From Eledone cirrhosa (lineage: Eukaryota): a stretch of DNA of 64,000 bases. The position numbers and the translations under genes were made by a program. The notes under the pieces are model-generated. The model saw only the letters and a list, made by a program, of their open reading frames with translations. It was not told where the DNA came from and searched no databases. Position 1 is the first letter of the stretch. Every line of letters starts with the position of its first letter. Below are positions 24,201-38,783 of the stretch, in pieces. Location of the stretch: assembly GCA_964016885.1 (NCBI GenBank), contig OZ024740.1, positions 375,596,001-375,660,000 of the forward strand. The letters are read 5' to 3'.

Positions 24201-25941
24201 GTGTCAAATGTCTGGTCTCGTTGATGGTAGTCATATCTATATCTAATGAATTAAGGTGATTGAGCATGTGACCGTGCTTCCAGGTCGATCCCAAGCAACG
24301 AAAAGTAATACATCATAATCTTATAAAAGAAAGAAAGGGGGCTACTTACCCTCCGGGTGCTTTGGGATGTTGGGTGGGTTGATCTCCATATTTGATGGGG
24401 TTTCATTTGGTAATACCTTTAAAATAATCTACTCGTGGCTTTTATGTAAGGGGTTCCCACTTCGTTGGGGAAGCCCTCCCTAATACGTTTGTAGACACAC
24501 AGCTATAATCGTACAATCTTATGTGGTTCAAGCAGTGTAAATGTGTTTGTCCCGAAAACTTCCACCTCTTTCTCAATCAATTTACTTCGTGCTATGAAGA
24601 CCATCAGTTCTACGTTGCCCTATCTTACTAGCAGGAGGTTTGGTGTATATGTTATTGTTACTGTCGATTCTGTGTGACCCTGTGTTTCATTTTAGATGTT
24701 GTGACTTTGGTTGTAGTAGGGTTGATGGTTGTATTGAGTGTGGTTGTGTTGTCCGTTGGGTTGCTGGTGACGATAGTGTTGTACTATATTTGTTTGTGTT
24801 TGGTGTATATTTTCTGTTTTCTGGACCGGGTGTTCGAGTCTGGTATTGAGTGCTTGAATCTTTTTTTTTTGTGTTAGAGGGGGGTTATTATTTTTATTTT
24901 TTGTCTCCTACACTCGTAGACGAGGAGGTAAATATTATTTAAATGGAGAGGGGTGTAAGTACGTTTGCATTTTGTGAGAGAGAGCGAGTGCAAATGGGAG
25001 TGTCTTCTTGACAGACCCTCTCGGTGACTTTCTCGGAGTCTGCTGTTATAGTTGTTGTTTTTATTTGTGGTGGTGGCAGTTCAGCTACTACGGGTAGTGG
25101 TTTTGCAGTTGTAGGAGGTGGTAGTTTAGTTGCTGCTGTTGGTGTTGTTTTTGGTCTTGTGTGTGCTGTAGATGCTGATACAGTTGGTGGTGTTGTTTAT
25201 GTTGTTCCGTTTACTGGTGACCTTGCTGTTAAATTTATGTTAAATTTGCGGAGCAAGAGTTCAAAAGACATGGTAATATTATCATATATATCCATTAGAG
25301 GATATCCGAGAAATGTGGGTTTATCAGTGCAATTAAATGGTATGAGCAGAGATGAGAAGTGGTGTAGGAGAATGACGAATTCACGGTTTTGTGGCATTTT
25401 ACCATTCAATGCTTTAGACATTTAATTGTGAACAAGAAGAAAAAAGCGACACATTCTTTTTATATCTCTCTCCCGAGAGGTAGCAGAGTTGACGTATTAA
25501 AGTCATAAAAATATAAGTAACTATGTGCCACTGTAGTAGGAGGTTGGAATGTTGAAGAAGCTTTTAGGGATTCCGGTGGTGATCATTGCGTTTGGGTGCA
25601 TATTAAACAGTGTTGAGCACTGTTTATTCAGAATTGATGCAAAATTATAAGTCATGCAGAAGTCAGCACGTACAGCAAATATTTTAAGAACAGTCTTGTC
25701 TATTTTAGGCACAGTAGACGATGCAGTGAGGGACCTTTGTCAACTTTTTTTCAACTGCTCTGTAACTGAAATGTTACACTTGTAATGACATATAACATAG
25801 ATAAATATGTAAGTTTGTCATATAAATAACGCAAACATTCATTACAAGAGGAGATATCGTTACAAAAGAAATGCAGGATATTACGAAGCGCATTGATGTG
25901 ACATAATTGCAACCACACAGCTCACCATTATATATATATAT

Positions 25942-26823
25942 ATCATCATCATCATCATCTTCACCGTTTTACGTCCGTTCTTCCACGCTAGCATGGGTTA
26001 GACGGGTTGTCCTGTTGTGGGCAGTGTCTGGTCGGCTTACCATGCCTTGCTCATACAGGAACTGATTTGGCTTGATTTCTACAGCTGGATGCCCTTCCTA
26101 ACACCAACCTCATTTACAGTGAGTGCTGGGTGCTTTTTCGTGACGCCTACACGTCCACTTTACAGTGTGGGCTGGGTGTTTTCTTGCCGTGGCACCTCCA
26201 CGACCACCTTGCGGTGGGGGGGCATATCGTCTATATGCTTCAGCTTGTACCCATGGGAGGTCGGGTACTCTGTATTACTGCGTGACGCCAGAGGTCACGG
26301 TCGTGTGTCATCACCTTTGAGAGGTGTAATTGGGTAAGGTCGGCTTTTATCACCTCATCCCAGGTCATCTTAGGTCTCCCCACTCCGCGGTTTCCATCAA
26401 CTTCTAGTGCTCTGCACCTTTTTATGCAGCTGTCATCCTTCATACGCATCATATGTCCATACCAGCGCAACCGGCTCTCCTGCACACAGCATTTGATTCC
26501 TTTTATGCTCAGTCTCTCTCTCAATTCATTTATGCTTTGTCGTTCACGTATAATACTGTTACACATCCATCGAAGCATGCAGGCTTCGTTTCTCTCTAAT
26601 GTACGTAAGTCTTCCACCTTCAGCGCCCAGGTCTCACTACCATGCAACATTGCTGTTCGGATACACGCATCATACAGTCTGCCTTTCATTCTGAGGGAGA
26701 AGCTTTTTGCAGCTAGCAGTGGTAGTAGTTCCCTAAACTACTTCCATCCCGTTGATACCCTAGTTATTGTAGTTTTTGAACACCCACCTCCGCTGGTAAT
26801 TCGGTCACCTAGGTAGCAGAAGC

Positions 26824-26825
<2 letters not shown>
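25942..26825 (-). mobile_element. RTE LINE 3' end with (TGA)n tail
   Basis: SFCYLGD..KGRLYDACIRTAMLHGSETW..RLRWYGHMMRM..GRPKMTW; 3' UTR and (CAT)n on the plus strand at 25942. Confidence 0.9.
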
Positions 26826-26882
<57 letters not shown>

Positions 26883-26930
26883 GACGTAAAATAAGAAAAT
26901 CATAAAAATTAACTTACTTACTAAAATTTC

Positions 26931-27013
26931 ACTCCAACTAATTAGTTTCTGAAAGGGAATAAACATGGTTTCCAAATGGAAAGCATGGAGAGGCCGTTTC
27001 GTCATCAGGAAGT
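26931..27013 (-). ncRNA. Type I hammerhead with extended stem II and 10 nt palindromic stem III
   Basis: ACTTC-CTGATGA-cGAAA..CATG c TTTCCA tt TGGAAA c CATG..TTTCa-GAA-ACTAATTAGT-T-GGAGT. Confidence 0.75.
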
Positions 27014-27282
27014 CTGTTCTCAGCTAAGATACCTGGAAATGCGTGGACACAGGGATCCTATACAAAAATAATACAGTGGATGGTAAAAAGCAAGCGTGGA
27101 CTAATTTCCAAGACATTGAAAAAATTACTGCCTCCTTGGTCGGTGATAAATTCAAAAGAATCAATCACGTGACATCGAGGTTAATCAGTGAGGAGTGGGG
27201 TGTTAAAAAGACAGTAGCCAAACCCTTACTAGCAGTTTTTGCAAATTTGTGCTCAACAAAATAATTTGGAGATAATTATAAT

Positions 27283-27461
27283 GAATTAGTATATCTACCA
27301 ACATATATATACAGATGCATACCTATGCGAGCAAATATATAGGTTTTGTCTTAGTAACTTTGTGGTTCAATGCATTGAACCACAAAGTTACTAAGACAAA
27401 ACCTATATATTTGCTAGCATAGGTATTATCTGTATATATATGTTGGTAGATATACTAATTC
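27283..27461. repeat. Near-perfect 179 bp spacerless palindrome
   Basis: Centre ..GTGGTTCAATG|CATTGAACCAC.. at 27372/27373; arms ~90 bp. Confidence 0.92.
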
Positions 27462-27680
27462 TTTATATATATAAATAAATAAATAGCTTAGAGTTTAGAC
27501 TCAAAGAGGTCATTTACAATCATTTCAGCTCTAGGAATCGCTTCTGAGCAGTATAAATTAATATTTGATGAACATTTACATGTTTTAGTTGCAATTGACT
27601 ACTAAGATCGTACAGGCAGAACTTATGTTGTTGAATTAAGATTTTTCACTCTAGCGATCTTATTAGTCAATTGCAACTAA

Positions 27681-27782
<102 letters not shown>

Positions 27783-27947
27783 CGGTTGTTCTTCCTGTTT
27801 CGTATAACCATGAGCAGTACGAGCTGAAGATCTGTTGTTTTACTATTTCTACCAAATTCATCCCATGGATAGATGGCTCTACCACTACAGATATTATCTT
27901 CCAGTGTTCTACCTCTCACTCTCTCTCTCTCTCTTTATATATATATA

Positions 27948-28009
<62 letters not shown>

Positions 28010-28012
28010 ATG

Positions 28013-28044
<32 letters not shown>

Positions 28045-28184
28045 CGTTATTCCGGGTTGAATCGGAGGTAACCACAGTAAGTAAGGTACTCAATACATAG
28101 CAGAGTATAACAGTTTTAATATAGATGAGATTCTACAGAAATGAATGAAACAGTTCTAGTCCTGTAGAATCTCATCTATATTAA

Positions 28185-28190
<6 letters not shown>
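28045..28190. repeat. Short dispersed repeat with 25 bp terminal hairpin; related inverted copy at 28655-28745
   Basis: ttttaatatagatgagattctacag / ctgtagaatctcatctatattaaaa; gttgaatcggaggtaaccacag is inverted at ~28713-28735. Confidence 0.7.
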
Positions 28191-28221
<31 letters not shown>

Positions 28222-30132
28222 TAAATTCAGCGAGAATCGCATTTCGGCGAGTCATGCTGACAAGCGCACCATGGGCTAAAAAAGACCAGAGCAATAAACA
28301 TAGGTTATAAACGCCTACAAACTGAGAAGCCCATCCCTCCCCACGTCTGCGTACATCAAATCTCTTTCAGAGAGAGGAAGAATCGAGCACTATACGAGAC
28401 TGGTACTTTTTTATTATAGAGCTTGGCCTATTCGCACCACAATGTGCCATATAACGCGTATCGATTCGTCTCCTTACTCCATGTGCGTTATTTTAGTTAT
28501 CTGATATATTTTTAGAAGTGAGGAGTATATTGTTGTCCACCTTTTGGTAAGCCCTCTGCAATATGGAATCGTCACACTGGTAGTAGTCTATCCCCTATAA
28601 TTGAACACATGCCTCGTTGTGTATTTTTTCTCTATATACTGTCTTATATATATATATAAGAGCTCCTACAGGACTAGAGCTGTTACATTCGTGAGAAATC
28701 ACCAGGAAGCTCTGTGGTTACCTCCGATTCAACTCGGAATAACTTATATACATTGATCAGCTGAGTTTAGAGGTCACTATTCGCTCGAAGTTGCGTCATT
28801 CGATCTCCATTACATTATATACCTCTGACCAACTCCTCAGAATACAAAAATAATTCACTCAAGGCAAGATATATATAGAGAAAACCGTATAATCAAAACA
28901 ATAACATCAATAAGATAGAGAAGTTACAGATATAAAAAGTAATTAGTAAAAAATAAGAAAAAAGATTCAGTAAAAAAGTTTAAAAAATGGAAAAATAATA
29001 CAAATATAAAGAAATAGGGATAAGTGAGAGCATGTAAGTACAGAATATGATAGTGATGGTGGTGAGTAAGTTTTCGTATAAGGATTCTGTTGTAGGTTTA
29101 ATGCTAACATGAAAAGTCATATTCAAAACATACATAGATACGTGCAGAGAGTCTGGGGTAGTGACAGATAAATGACACAGTAATAAATTAGAGTTTAATT
29201 GGGAGAGACTAGTATGAGATTTAAGGGTTAAGGATGGATGGTGAAGGAAGGTTTGACAAATGCGTGTGGTAAATGTTTTGCTGATTCTCTTGTCTTAATG
29301 GGGTTGATACTTTTTCATATTCTGTACTTACATGCTCTCACTTATCCTTATTTCTTTATACATGTATTATTTATCCATTTTCTTACTTTTTTACTGTATC
29401 TTTTTTATTATCTTTTACTAAACATAGATCGCTGAAACTTCTTCCTTGTTGAAAATCCGAGTATCGGCATCCGTGGTTTACCATTCGATTAATTGGTGAA
29501 ATATATTTCTTTCATGGAATATATACAGGGAAGATTAATCATATTATAAGGTATCTATTTTTGAAGTTCTGGTTAACTTTATTTAGTTACCTACCTAGCT
29601 ATGTGTGCTTACACACTTGTAAAAATTATCTCCTGTGAATATTCATGTTTATTTATATGTTAATCAATTTCTAATTATTATATATATACATATACATATA
29701 TATTTCACCACCCTCTTAACAAACCGTTTCACCAGTTAATGCCTATTTTGCCATTCCCAAGGCAATTATATATGTATGTGTGTGTACCCATGTGCCAGAG
29801 TATGTGAGTGGGTGGTTTGTTGGAAGTTGATGGTGCGGGTGGTAGGGTCTGTATAATTTGTTGGTATAGTCGTACTGCAGACAACTAAAAAATGGTTAAT
29901 CTTTAAATACAAAATCAAGGGAAATTACTTTTATATGTTATTCTTGAATCACTACCTCCTTACGGTCATCTCACTCTGCACACCAGGTCCGAACACAGAA
30001 AAGCCGAACCCCTACTGTCATAGCCTCTATCTCTCTCGCACGCTCCATCTCTATTTGCAAGAAACGATTTACCTGTTTCAGTATATAATTGGTTAATGCA
30101 ACTGTAATTAGACTTTATTATCTGCTTTATAA

Positions 30133-30322
30133 GGGGCGGTGGATTGGCAGTATCGGTAGAGGGTCGGACGCCATGCTTTCCAGCATAGTTACGTCCCTTT
30201 ACGATCTGAGTTCAAATCCCGCCGAGGTTGACTTTGCCTTTCATCCTTACGGGGTCGATAAAATAAAGTACCAGTAATGCACTGGGTAATTTCTGGCCTT
30301 GTGCCTAAAGTAGAAACAATTA
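30133..30322 (+). mobile_element. tRNA-derived SINE
   Basis: Same family as 13719; TSD attatctgctttata at 30117-30131 / 30319-30333. Confidence 0.9.
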
Positions 30323-32061
30323 TCTGCTTTATACGTATATTTTAGATAAATACATTCGTAGAAATTGTATGCTCGTCCTCGTGTTGCGATCGAAGTATTT
30401 TTCATTGGGCGATGTTTGGCAGATCTAACCCGGTACTCTCTTACTCCTGTACATTTATCAATATGCTGCATATTGCCTATTCCTTGGTTTTAGCCAAGGT
30501 AGGACCTCACTGCGTTTAACTATTTTTTAGGGCTTCTAAGACTTGTGCGTTAAAGGAGTAGTATAACTGCTGCCGGATATACAATAAATTGAGTTGCAAT
30601 GGCGTTCAAATATCATGTAGTGGGGATAAACTTGCTACATAATTGTTTATCATTCAAGAGTGAGTGCCTATACAGTTTGCGCTAGCAAATATCATTCATA
30701 TGGTTTTGTACTTACCTCACACCCTGGCAAGACAGGTAGCTTGCAGCTCGCCGGAGATAATGCCTACTTTCCGAAAGTATTTTGGTACGATACGTTTGAT
30801 GGATGAGAGTATTAAAGATGGTTTTGAGACCAGTACCGGTACTACTAATACATGGAACACGACTCCACGAGCAAAACCTTCCAGGCTTAGTGGATCTACT
30901 AGAAGTAGCACTTCAATTTCTTCAAATTACAGCATGCATATTGCCTTACAAAATAAAAGAGCGTATTGTACAATGTATTCCTAGGTGCCTTTAATATATA
31001 AAATTGCTTAACTGATCATAAGCCTGCTCAATAAGCAGTGTTGTGGCTGAGCAATAGCATCAATGAATGATTTTCGAAACATAACCTTGCATTGTTGAGA
31101 CCAACATTAGAGGAATTCTTTTAATAATACAAATGATCAGCAGCACTAGTATTGTTACTGGGAAGATAAGCCACAGCTACGAGAAAAGTGATACTGAAAA
31201 AATATAACAGCAGAATACGATGACACACAAAATATTCAGCAACTCAAGGTAAAAATTTACATCTTAATAATCACAAGAATAAAATCAATATCAACTGTAC
31301 AACCAATAGGAAAAATAAATACATTTATAACAACCATACCAGTTACAGTAGTAAGTTTTGTTCCATAAAAGAAAGGAAAGAATACATTGTAAATCTGCAG
31401 GCTCGTATCGTTCCCATCGAGAATAGCTGATAGTTAATTCATTGAGAAAGATTAACAAACCTAAATAATTACATAAATGTCGAGATATAACAGATAAATA
31501 TTTGCATAAAATATAAGCAGTCGTGTATATATTTTGCTATGAATAAACGCATATCATTTATCATTGTTTTCATACACATGCACATACACATATATGCATA
31601 CATTGTATGTGCATGTATATGCTTATAATTTAAATGTGCGTCTATTTCTATTTTATAACTACGACTAATCTAAATCTAGTTCCACTGTGGTTCTTTATTT
31701 ATGGTATCATTTTATGATTATTAAACTTCATAAAATAAAACAAATAACATTTCGTTGAAATGTATCATCTATTTTCATGATATGCTATTATAATTGTAAT
31801 AACTACAAATGCCTCATATATATATATCCGTATATAAACTTTGTTCTATTAATCAAATATGTGTTGTATTAAATAGTCAGATATTATGAAGAAGAATGTG
31901 TTCTGGTGTCTTAAATTTAGTAATATTCTTCATCTTAAAGATAAAAGAATATGATATTCCACAAATGCTCAAACATGATAAATTCGCTGCAGTAGTCAAT
32001 ATAAGGTGTCGGTGATACGTAGCTATATTAAACAGGCTACGTTTCTTGATTATGATAATTA

Positions 32062-32252
32062 GGGCGGTGGATTGGCAGTATCGGTAGAGGGTCGGACGCC
32101 ACGCGTTGACGCATAGAGTTACGGCCCTTGTCATTCTGTGTTCAAATCCCGCCGAGGTTAACTTTGCCTTTCATCCTTACGGGGTCGATAAAATAAAGTA
32201 CCAGTAATACACTGGGCAATTGCTGGCCTTGTGCCAAAAGTAGAAACAATTA
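32062..32252 (+). mobile_element. tRNA-derived SINE
   Basis: TSD attatgataatta(gggc) starting at 32049 / 32249. Confidence 0.9.
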
Positions 32253-32888
32253 TGATAATTAGGGCCGGTGATTTTGCTTCATGCCTATTAATGGCTGTAA
32301 ATATTATCGATAATATTTACTGTCAAGGATGGGGTATTTTTTATTCATACTAGGATACGGGACCCGATACAGAAATTTGCTATTCCATTTTGTAGTATAT
32401 ACCAATGTTATTGCGCCTTGCAGTAAGGGATTTGCCAATAATACAACCAGTAAAGGTGCATCCTTTTTTCACAGTAAGAAGCCATTTACATTTTCGTGAT
32501 AGTTTAAATTATATCACCCGATATATAACTTCTAATGTGGTTGCTAGAAGAAGTATCATGTATTGGATCACAAACTTCGAATGCTTCAACAATGTAAGTT
32601 TCTGTATTCTTCAACAGTGTAATAAATTAATATGATCAATATATGAATCATGAATGAAATAAAAGTTTCAAATAAGTGTGCTAGCATATATTTTAGCTTC
32701 ACCACAAATATTTCACACACTGAGTAATCTAGAGTTTGATAAATAGCGACAGTGCTGATATATGGGTGTATAAATATTTTAGTGATATAATTTCTGATAA
32801 TTAATAAGACGTTTGCATTTGGTATTTATTCAAATTTCCGTCTTTATAAACACATATATTAAATGCCTTCATTAACCTTCTTGGTTAA

Positions 32889-33078
32889 GGGCGGTGGATT
32901 GGCAGTATCGGTAGAGGGTCGGACGCCATGCTTTCCAGCATAGTTACGTCCCTTTGCGGTCTGAGTTCAACTCCCGCCGAGATTAACTTTGCCTTTCATC
33001 CTTACGGGTTCGATAAAATAAAGTACCAGTAATAAACTGGGTAATTTGCTGGCCTTGTGCCAAAAGTAGTAACAATTA
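32889..33078 (+). mobile_element. tRNA-derived SINE
   Basis: TSD attaaccttcttggt at 32871-32885 / 33075-33089. Confidence 0.9.
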
Positions 33079-36000
33079 ACCTTCTTGGTAAAGCTTAGTC
33101 TCATAAAATATTGAAATGCATATCTACAGGCAATCTATATTTTGCTTGCATTCGAGTTTGTGTGTTCTGTCTTCTATGCTGTTTATGTCCATAGAAAGAA
33201 TTCAGTTTTGGGTATTTCTAAAGACATAAACATGAAATATAGAATACAAGCAAAATATCTCAAGAATTTCCAATACGTAGAAACGAACGGTGGTGTCACC
33301 AGTGCGCATTGCCTTTCCCTTGGACAATATCGTTCCCGTTGAGAGAAAAGACAGGTATCGATGGACGACTGCTGCTCTTCAAAGTATCTGAAGAATTCTC
33401 AGTAAAAGTATTGCGACGCAACCCACAAAACACTGTCGGTAATGGCGCATAATCTATTAAGACTTTAAACAATATCGAAAATACATTAGCCTGACAATAT
33501 TTCATGGTTGTCATTAATAAATATAGAACTAACACAGTCCCAGCAAAGATGACCACATTAGCAAAAACAAATATTAGATGAATGCACATAGAGAACATCA
33601 TTAAAAAATATAGATATTTTGGCAGTTACAAGTGTATTTTGGTTTAATAAACTGAAGCCAAGATTAATAAAGATTTTTACAGTATCATATTCTCTCCGAG
33701 TTTGTATAATTTATAAAATCTATAATGTATTAAACTTTCTAACTTTTATTTATAATGACCTGTTTTTGAAGCATCGAGAAAATGGTTGAAACAAAAAAAA
33801 TATGAATGATATTTAATTTAATAACATTATTACTACTATCATTAATTCGATTATGTTCGAAGAACAAATTAAATTACGCTATACTCATATATAACAAGTT
33901 ATTTGCAAATTTCATTCCAAGGAAATACTTTTAGCAACTTTAGACGGACGCCTTTATTTATGAATGTATTAATATCCGTACTTTGATGATTTATATAATA
34001 AATTTGTTGAGCGAATTTTCAACGGCTACAACAATAGAACATCTAATTTATTTTTCTTAATAAGATACTGTCTATAACTTCGGCTTCAACATAATTACAA
34101 ATAGTACGTATCATTGTTCACACGGAGTTTTTAGTTTTGTTTAAATGAAGATTTATTGTCAATTTCCTCCACAGGCTACTGGCTCTTTTGAATTGTAGAT
34201 TTATATTATTGACGTAAGTTATGCCGAGAATACTGAGTCGTATTTGAATATATTTGTCGGAGAAAAGGTTTTTGCGTCTTACAAGTAGAATGGGTGCCAC
34301 ACTATTAATCCAAATTCACTCTTCTATATATGTCTATAGAAAATATGTCAATACTTTATTCTAAGTTCCTTTTGCCCACTAAGTATACTTTTCTACTGAA
34401 TTTAACCATGTTAACTACAACAACATTTATTTCTCTCTCATGAAGTGAAATTGATGCCATAGGTTACATAGGAAGTTAGAATTTCTTTTTTATATTGGAA
34501 ATTAAAGTTGTATTAATTATTATTATCCTGAAGTTATCATTTAAAAGCAATCTTTCTTCAAACTGAGACCGGTAATTTGATAAGATTCGCGGAGTTGGTG
34601 TACCCTTTGAAATGAAATCCTTTATGTTCAGCAAACGTCGAAACAGGCTATCTCGTTATAATAATGATAATTATTAGAACTAGCTAAACTAAATCGTCTT
34701 ATATTTTTAATGAGTACATCAAATCTCGCGTTTCTAATGTGAATATTATTCATGCACCGCCCATATCGACAGATGAAAATATAAAGATGAAAGATTTTTA
34801 ACAGGACAATCCTTGAATATGTAACGTAAATTTATTAGCGTAAATCAAATCACTGGCATGCCCAATTGACTATAAGTAATTCAGGCACATTCAATTGCAT
34901 AAACACAGTATCAACAACATTTGAACTGTTAATAGGAATCCCATTTCGTTTCATGAATATTCAAATATTAATATAAGCAGGTGTTGATCCAAATCCTGTT
35001 TCTTAGCTACCCTATAGCAATATACTTCTATATTATCAGATTTAAATAATTGACTTTAGTACGCACATTTATCAGTGGAAGGAGAGAAGGTGCCATGCAA
35101 GCTGATGAACATATAAGGAATCATGTCAACAAATATAGTACGCATATAATCAAAGTGCGTCCATCCAGGAATTTCTATCTTGAGAGATGTCATCAGTTTT
35201 ACTTATGGAAACTGATTTCCCGAATTAATATATTTGATTTGTTGTAACAGCGTGAGCAAAAATACATTACGCTTTCCTATGGATGCCATCATCTCTTGTA
35301 TGACACCCTATCTATAAATCAAATATTATAAGTATACGAAATATGTCCATATGAACATCATGTTATGAATTGAAAAGTTTTACCTATTAGTTTACCTTAA
35401 ACATATTACATCTGGATTTCAATTTTGCGATATGAATAATAATATGTCATATACTCTACAAATGACGTTCGTTGTGATTTTAAATGAACGTTCCCTGTAA
35501 AAGGTCTCACGAATCTAGGAACAATGGGTAACACACAAATGATTGTCCGCCTTCAACTTCGCGCCTTGTTGCTTGAGTCGACAAAATGTTATTTTGTATT
35601 CCGAGTTGATAAATAATAGTAATTAATTACTGCTGCTACATATTGGATGTATACTGCCTATACCGCATAAGATATGCTATTAAGGACATATAAAGGAATT
35701 GGTTATTCATATACAGAATGTATTGTTACTAGGTTTTCTGTATTTAACCAAGTCATTATGTATTGCAGGAATACGATAAAAACTTTTTTGGTTAAACATA
35801 TGTTTGTGCAAACAGGACGTTGTGATTCCAACAAATATAGTTAACATCCTGCAAGCCTGTTTCAGATTTATTAGACCTCCTGTGTAAATCATGGACAATA
35901 GCGTGCTAACCAAAGTAGAAATGAAGGAATCATAAAGTATATGCGCAATATTTTATATGTATAGTAGGCTTGAAAAATCGATATTAACAAATGTCTAATC

Positions 36001-37079
36001 GCAAGAAATATAATTTTTATTGTAATGTTAGCAGATTTAGTTTGTTGTTCTGAGGATTCTACAACTTTGCTTCCCACATTCTATATATAATATTGATTTA
36101 TTTTCTACTCCGACAAATGGACAATACATAGTTTATGAGTAAGGTGAGACGATATTAGTTAATCTAATATACATTTGATATGTATTTCATGCATTTTGGA
36201 GAAATTAATTATAACATCTCCAATAGGAATGTATTTCGAAACTTTATATTTTTATTCTAATTCGCCTACCACCAATTTTTAAATAGTAATCGTTAATCGA
36301 TTAGTTGATATATTCCAATACATTTTTTATCAACATTTTGCAGAATATGATTATATTTACTCTCTACGGGTTTACTACTCGAGTAAAACATTTTCTGTCT
36401 TAACAAAATATTTAAACGAAGTTGATAGGAAATATTAAAATGGAATCAGGACTCCTCGGAAATCTTGCTGAATAATGTATTATTGATAAAATGAAACATT
36501 GAAAATGCAAAGAAAACTTGCCGACTTATTGTTCAATAATTCTATTCACACTGTGTTCGTCACACAGAGTCTGTTATTGTCCTTTATATGTATGTGAAAT
36601 CATAATCACTTGCGAATTTACTTCGATGCTGAATTTGAAATTAGTACAATAAGTATCCAGGCATGAATTACTGACTTCAGGATATAATTTCCTTAAGATT
36701 TGCATATTTCCTTACTGAGATATATCTGTATATTTCAAAACCGTTGACTGACATTTTCACAAAAGATATATCATATAAGTAATTTTATCCTGAAGGGAAT
36801 ATGTAAAAAACACCTACAAACAACATGCATACGTACATATACACACATACATGCGAACAAATACGCAAACACACATTAGTATATATGTATTTGTAATTTA
36901 CATATATGCTTAAGAATAATTTAGGTATCAGTTTCAGTCACAATGTTTTTACCTAGTTCATGTATATATTCTTGCTTATCTATCAATCTTAATTTATTAC
37001 TTTCACTAGACCCCTCTTCCTCTCTTGGTGTGTTAGTATATTGAATATATATATATATATATATATGGGGGGGGGGGGT

Positions 37080-37133
37080 ATGTGTGCGTGTGGGTGCGTG
37101 CGTATGTGTATGCGTGTGTGTGTATGCGTGTGT

Positions 37134-37215
<82 letters not shown>
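37080..37215. repeat. (GT)n microsatellite
   Basis: Directly visible. Confidence 0.95.
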
Positions 37216-37218
<3 letters not shown>

Positions 37219-38241
37219 ATTACTGGCAATTGCTATCTTTCCGAGAAATAGACATCACTACCTATGTAAAGAACGTATTTTCATTTAAGTTATGAATAAA
37301 ATGTACAACGTTCATATCAGTGAAGAATAAACTCGGCTCAGAACGTGTAAAAAGCAATGTCATGTTTCTTTCTGTATATGAACGTTAGAGTGTTTATGTG
37401 AGTTGTCACTTTTCCTCCTGATAATACTCTTGCACAAACTTGAAAGTAATCTACACAGAATAAAAGAAATTGCTCTAAATGTTTCATTTTGGTTCATTGA
37501 CGGAGATAAGAATTATGAAACATATTCCGGACGGTAGCATATTAATTAATGAATGAAATGTACAAATGGGAATGAGATATTAGGGAATTCAGGAACGATT
37601 ACTTAATAACATATATACATATATTTGGCTGCACCGTAACATATTTCATAATTACCGAATAGTTATAAAATGTTATAACGTATGCTACTGTAACATGATC
37701 TACCACCATTTACTTTGATATGCATATAGCAGCAATTCCATTTTCAAAATTAACTATATAATACGCTATACATTTCATATTTTCGTAGACTTAATATGAG
37801 AGGGGGTCAGTCACTTTCATTTCAACATGGTGTTATGATTTATGATTTAATACAGATATTTGATTATTCATAGTTTATTATAGATATGAGGGGATTATAT
37901 ATGTGATACTTCTATGCTCATCATTGCTTTATTCTCTATGACAAAATATTTGCATAACAACTGCCCATGGTATAATTCATTTTAGTATGTAAATAAAATA
38001 ATCCCACATCACTGGCATTTGAGAGACTACGAAGTTATCAGTTGTTTAGTATAATACAACGTGGAATAGCATTCAGTATTGACTAATGTATGGTTTACAC
38101 CAGTAATGATGTTGTATAAACTGTTCAGTTCGTGTGTATATACATTTCAGTTCAGATTATTGCTCCCCTAAGCCTGAATAAAAATTGAAACAAATAAAAT
38201 AAAGATACGTATTCCACATGAGAATTATAATCATAACTATG

Positions 38242-38387
38242 TTTCCAGCATAGTTACGTCCCTTTACGGTCTGAGTTCAAATCCCGTTGAGGTTAACTTT
38301 GCCTTTCATCCTTACGGGGTCGATAAAATAAAGTACCAGTAATGTACTGGGTAATTGCTGGCCTTGTGCCAAAAGAAGAAACAATTA
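38242..38387 (+). mobile_element. 5'-truncated SINE of the same family
   Basis: Retains B box and body to ..gaaacaatta; lacks A box; no clear TSD. Confidence 0.85.
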
Positions 38388-38739
38388 GATTTTCTTTCAA
38401 ATAGAAAACAAGATGATATTTTCAAAACGACTTGTTGTAAAAGTCTCACAGACATATAGCATATAAAGTCTCAAGAAATTCCACAGTTAAAACTACATTG
38501 CATGTATGGTTTAAGGAACCTAAGCCTACGAATTGAAAGATTCCGGTGAATAAGATATTAGTGTAGATTACATAATAATAACGTTACAGGTGAATTGTAC
38601 ATTTTAAGATATTGAGTTTTATCTTAAAACTGCTGAATCAAATCAATCAGATACAAGCCATGAATGCAGACAAAAACCATATATTGCAATGCTCTTGTGA
38701 TCAGCAGAACATACCGCAAACAATGGAAATGAAATGAAG

Positions 38740-38775
<36 letters not shown>

Positions 38776-38783
<8 letters not shown>

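Noticed and set aside
24330-25600. Thr/Pro-rich frames here and CAA-rich sequence at 58900-60300 as LINE ORF1
   Set aside because: Plausible from proximity to Tx1-like RT remnants, but low complexity and no diagnostic motif.
30664-34300. Possible host exons (30664-30984, ~32547-32593, 33296-33601, ~34176-34213)
   Set aside because: Isolated splice-like signals or short ORFs with no recognisable domain and no consistent multi-exon frame; RNA-seq would be needed.
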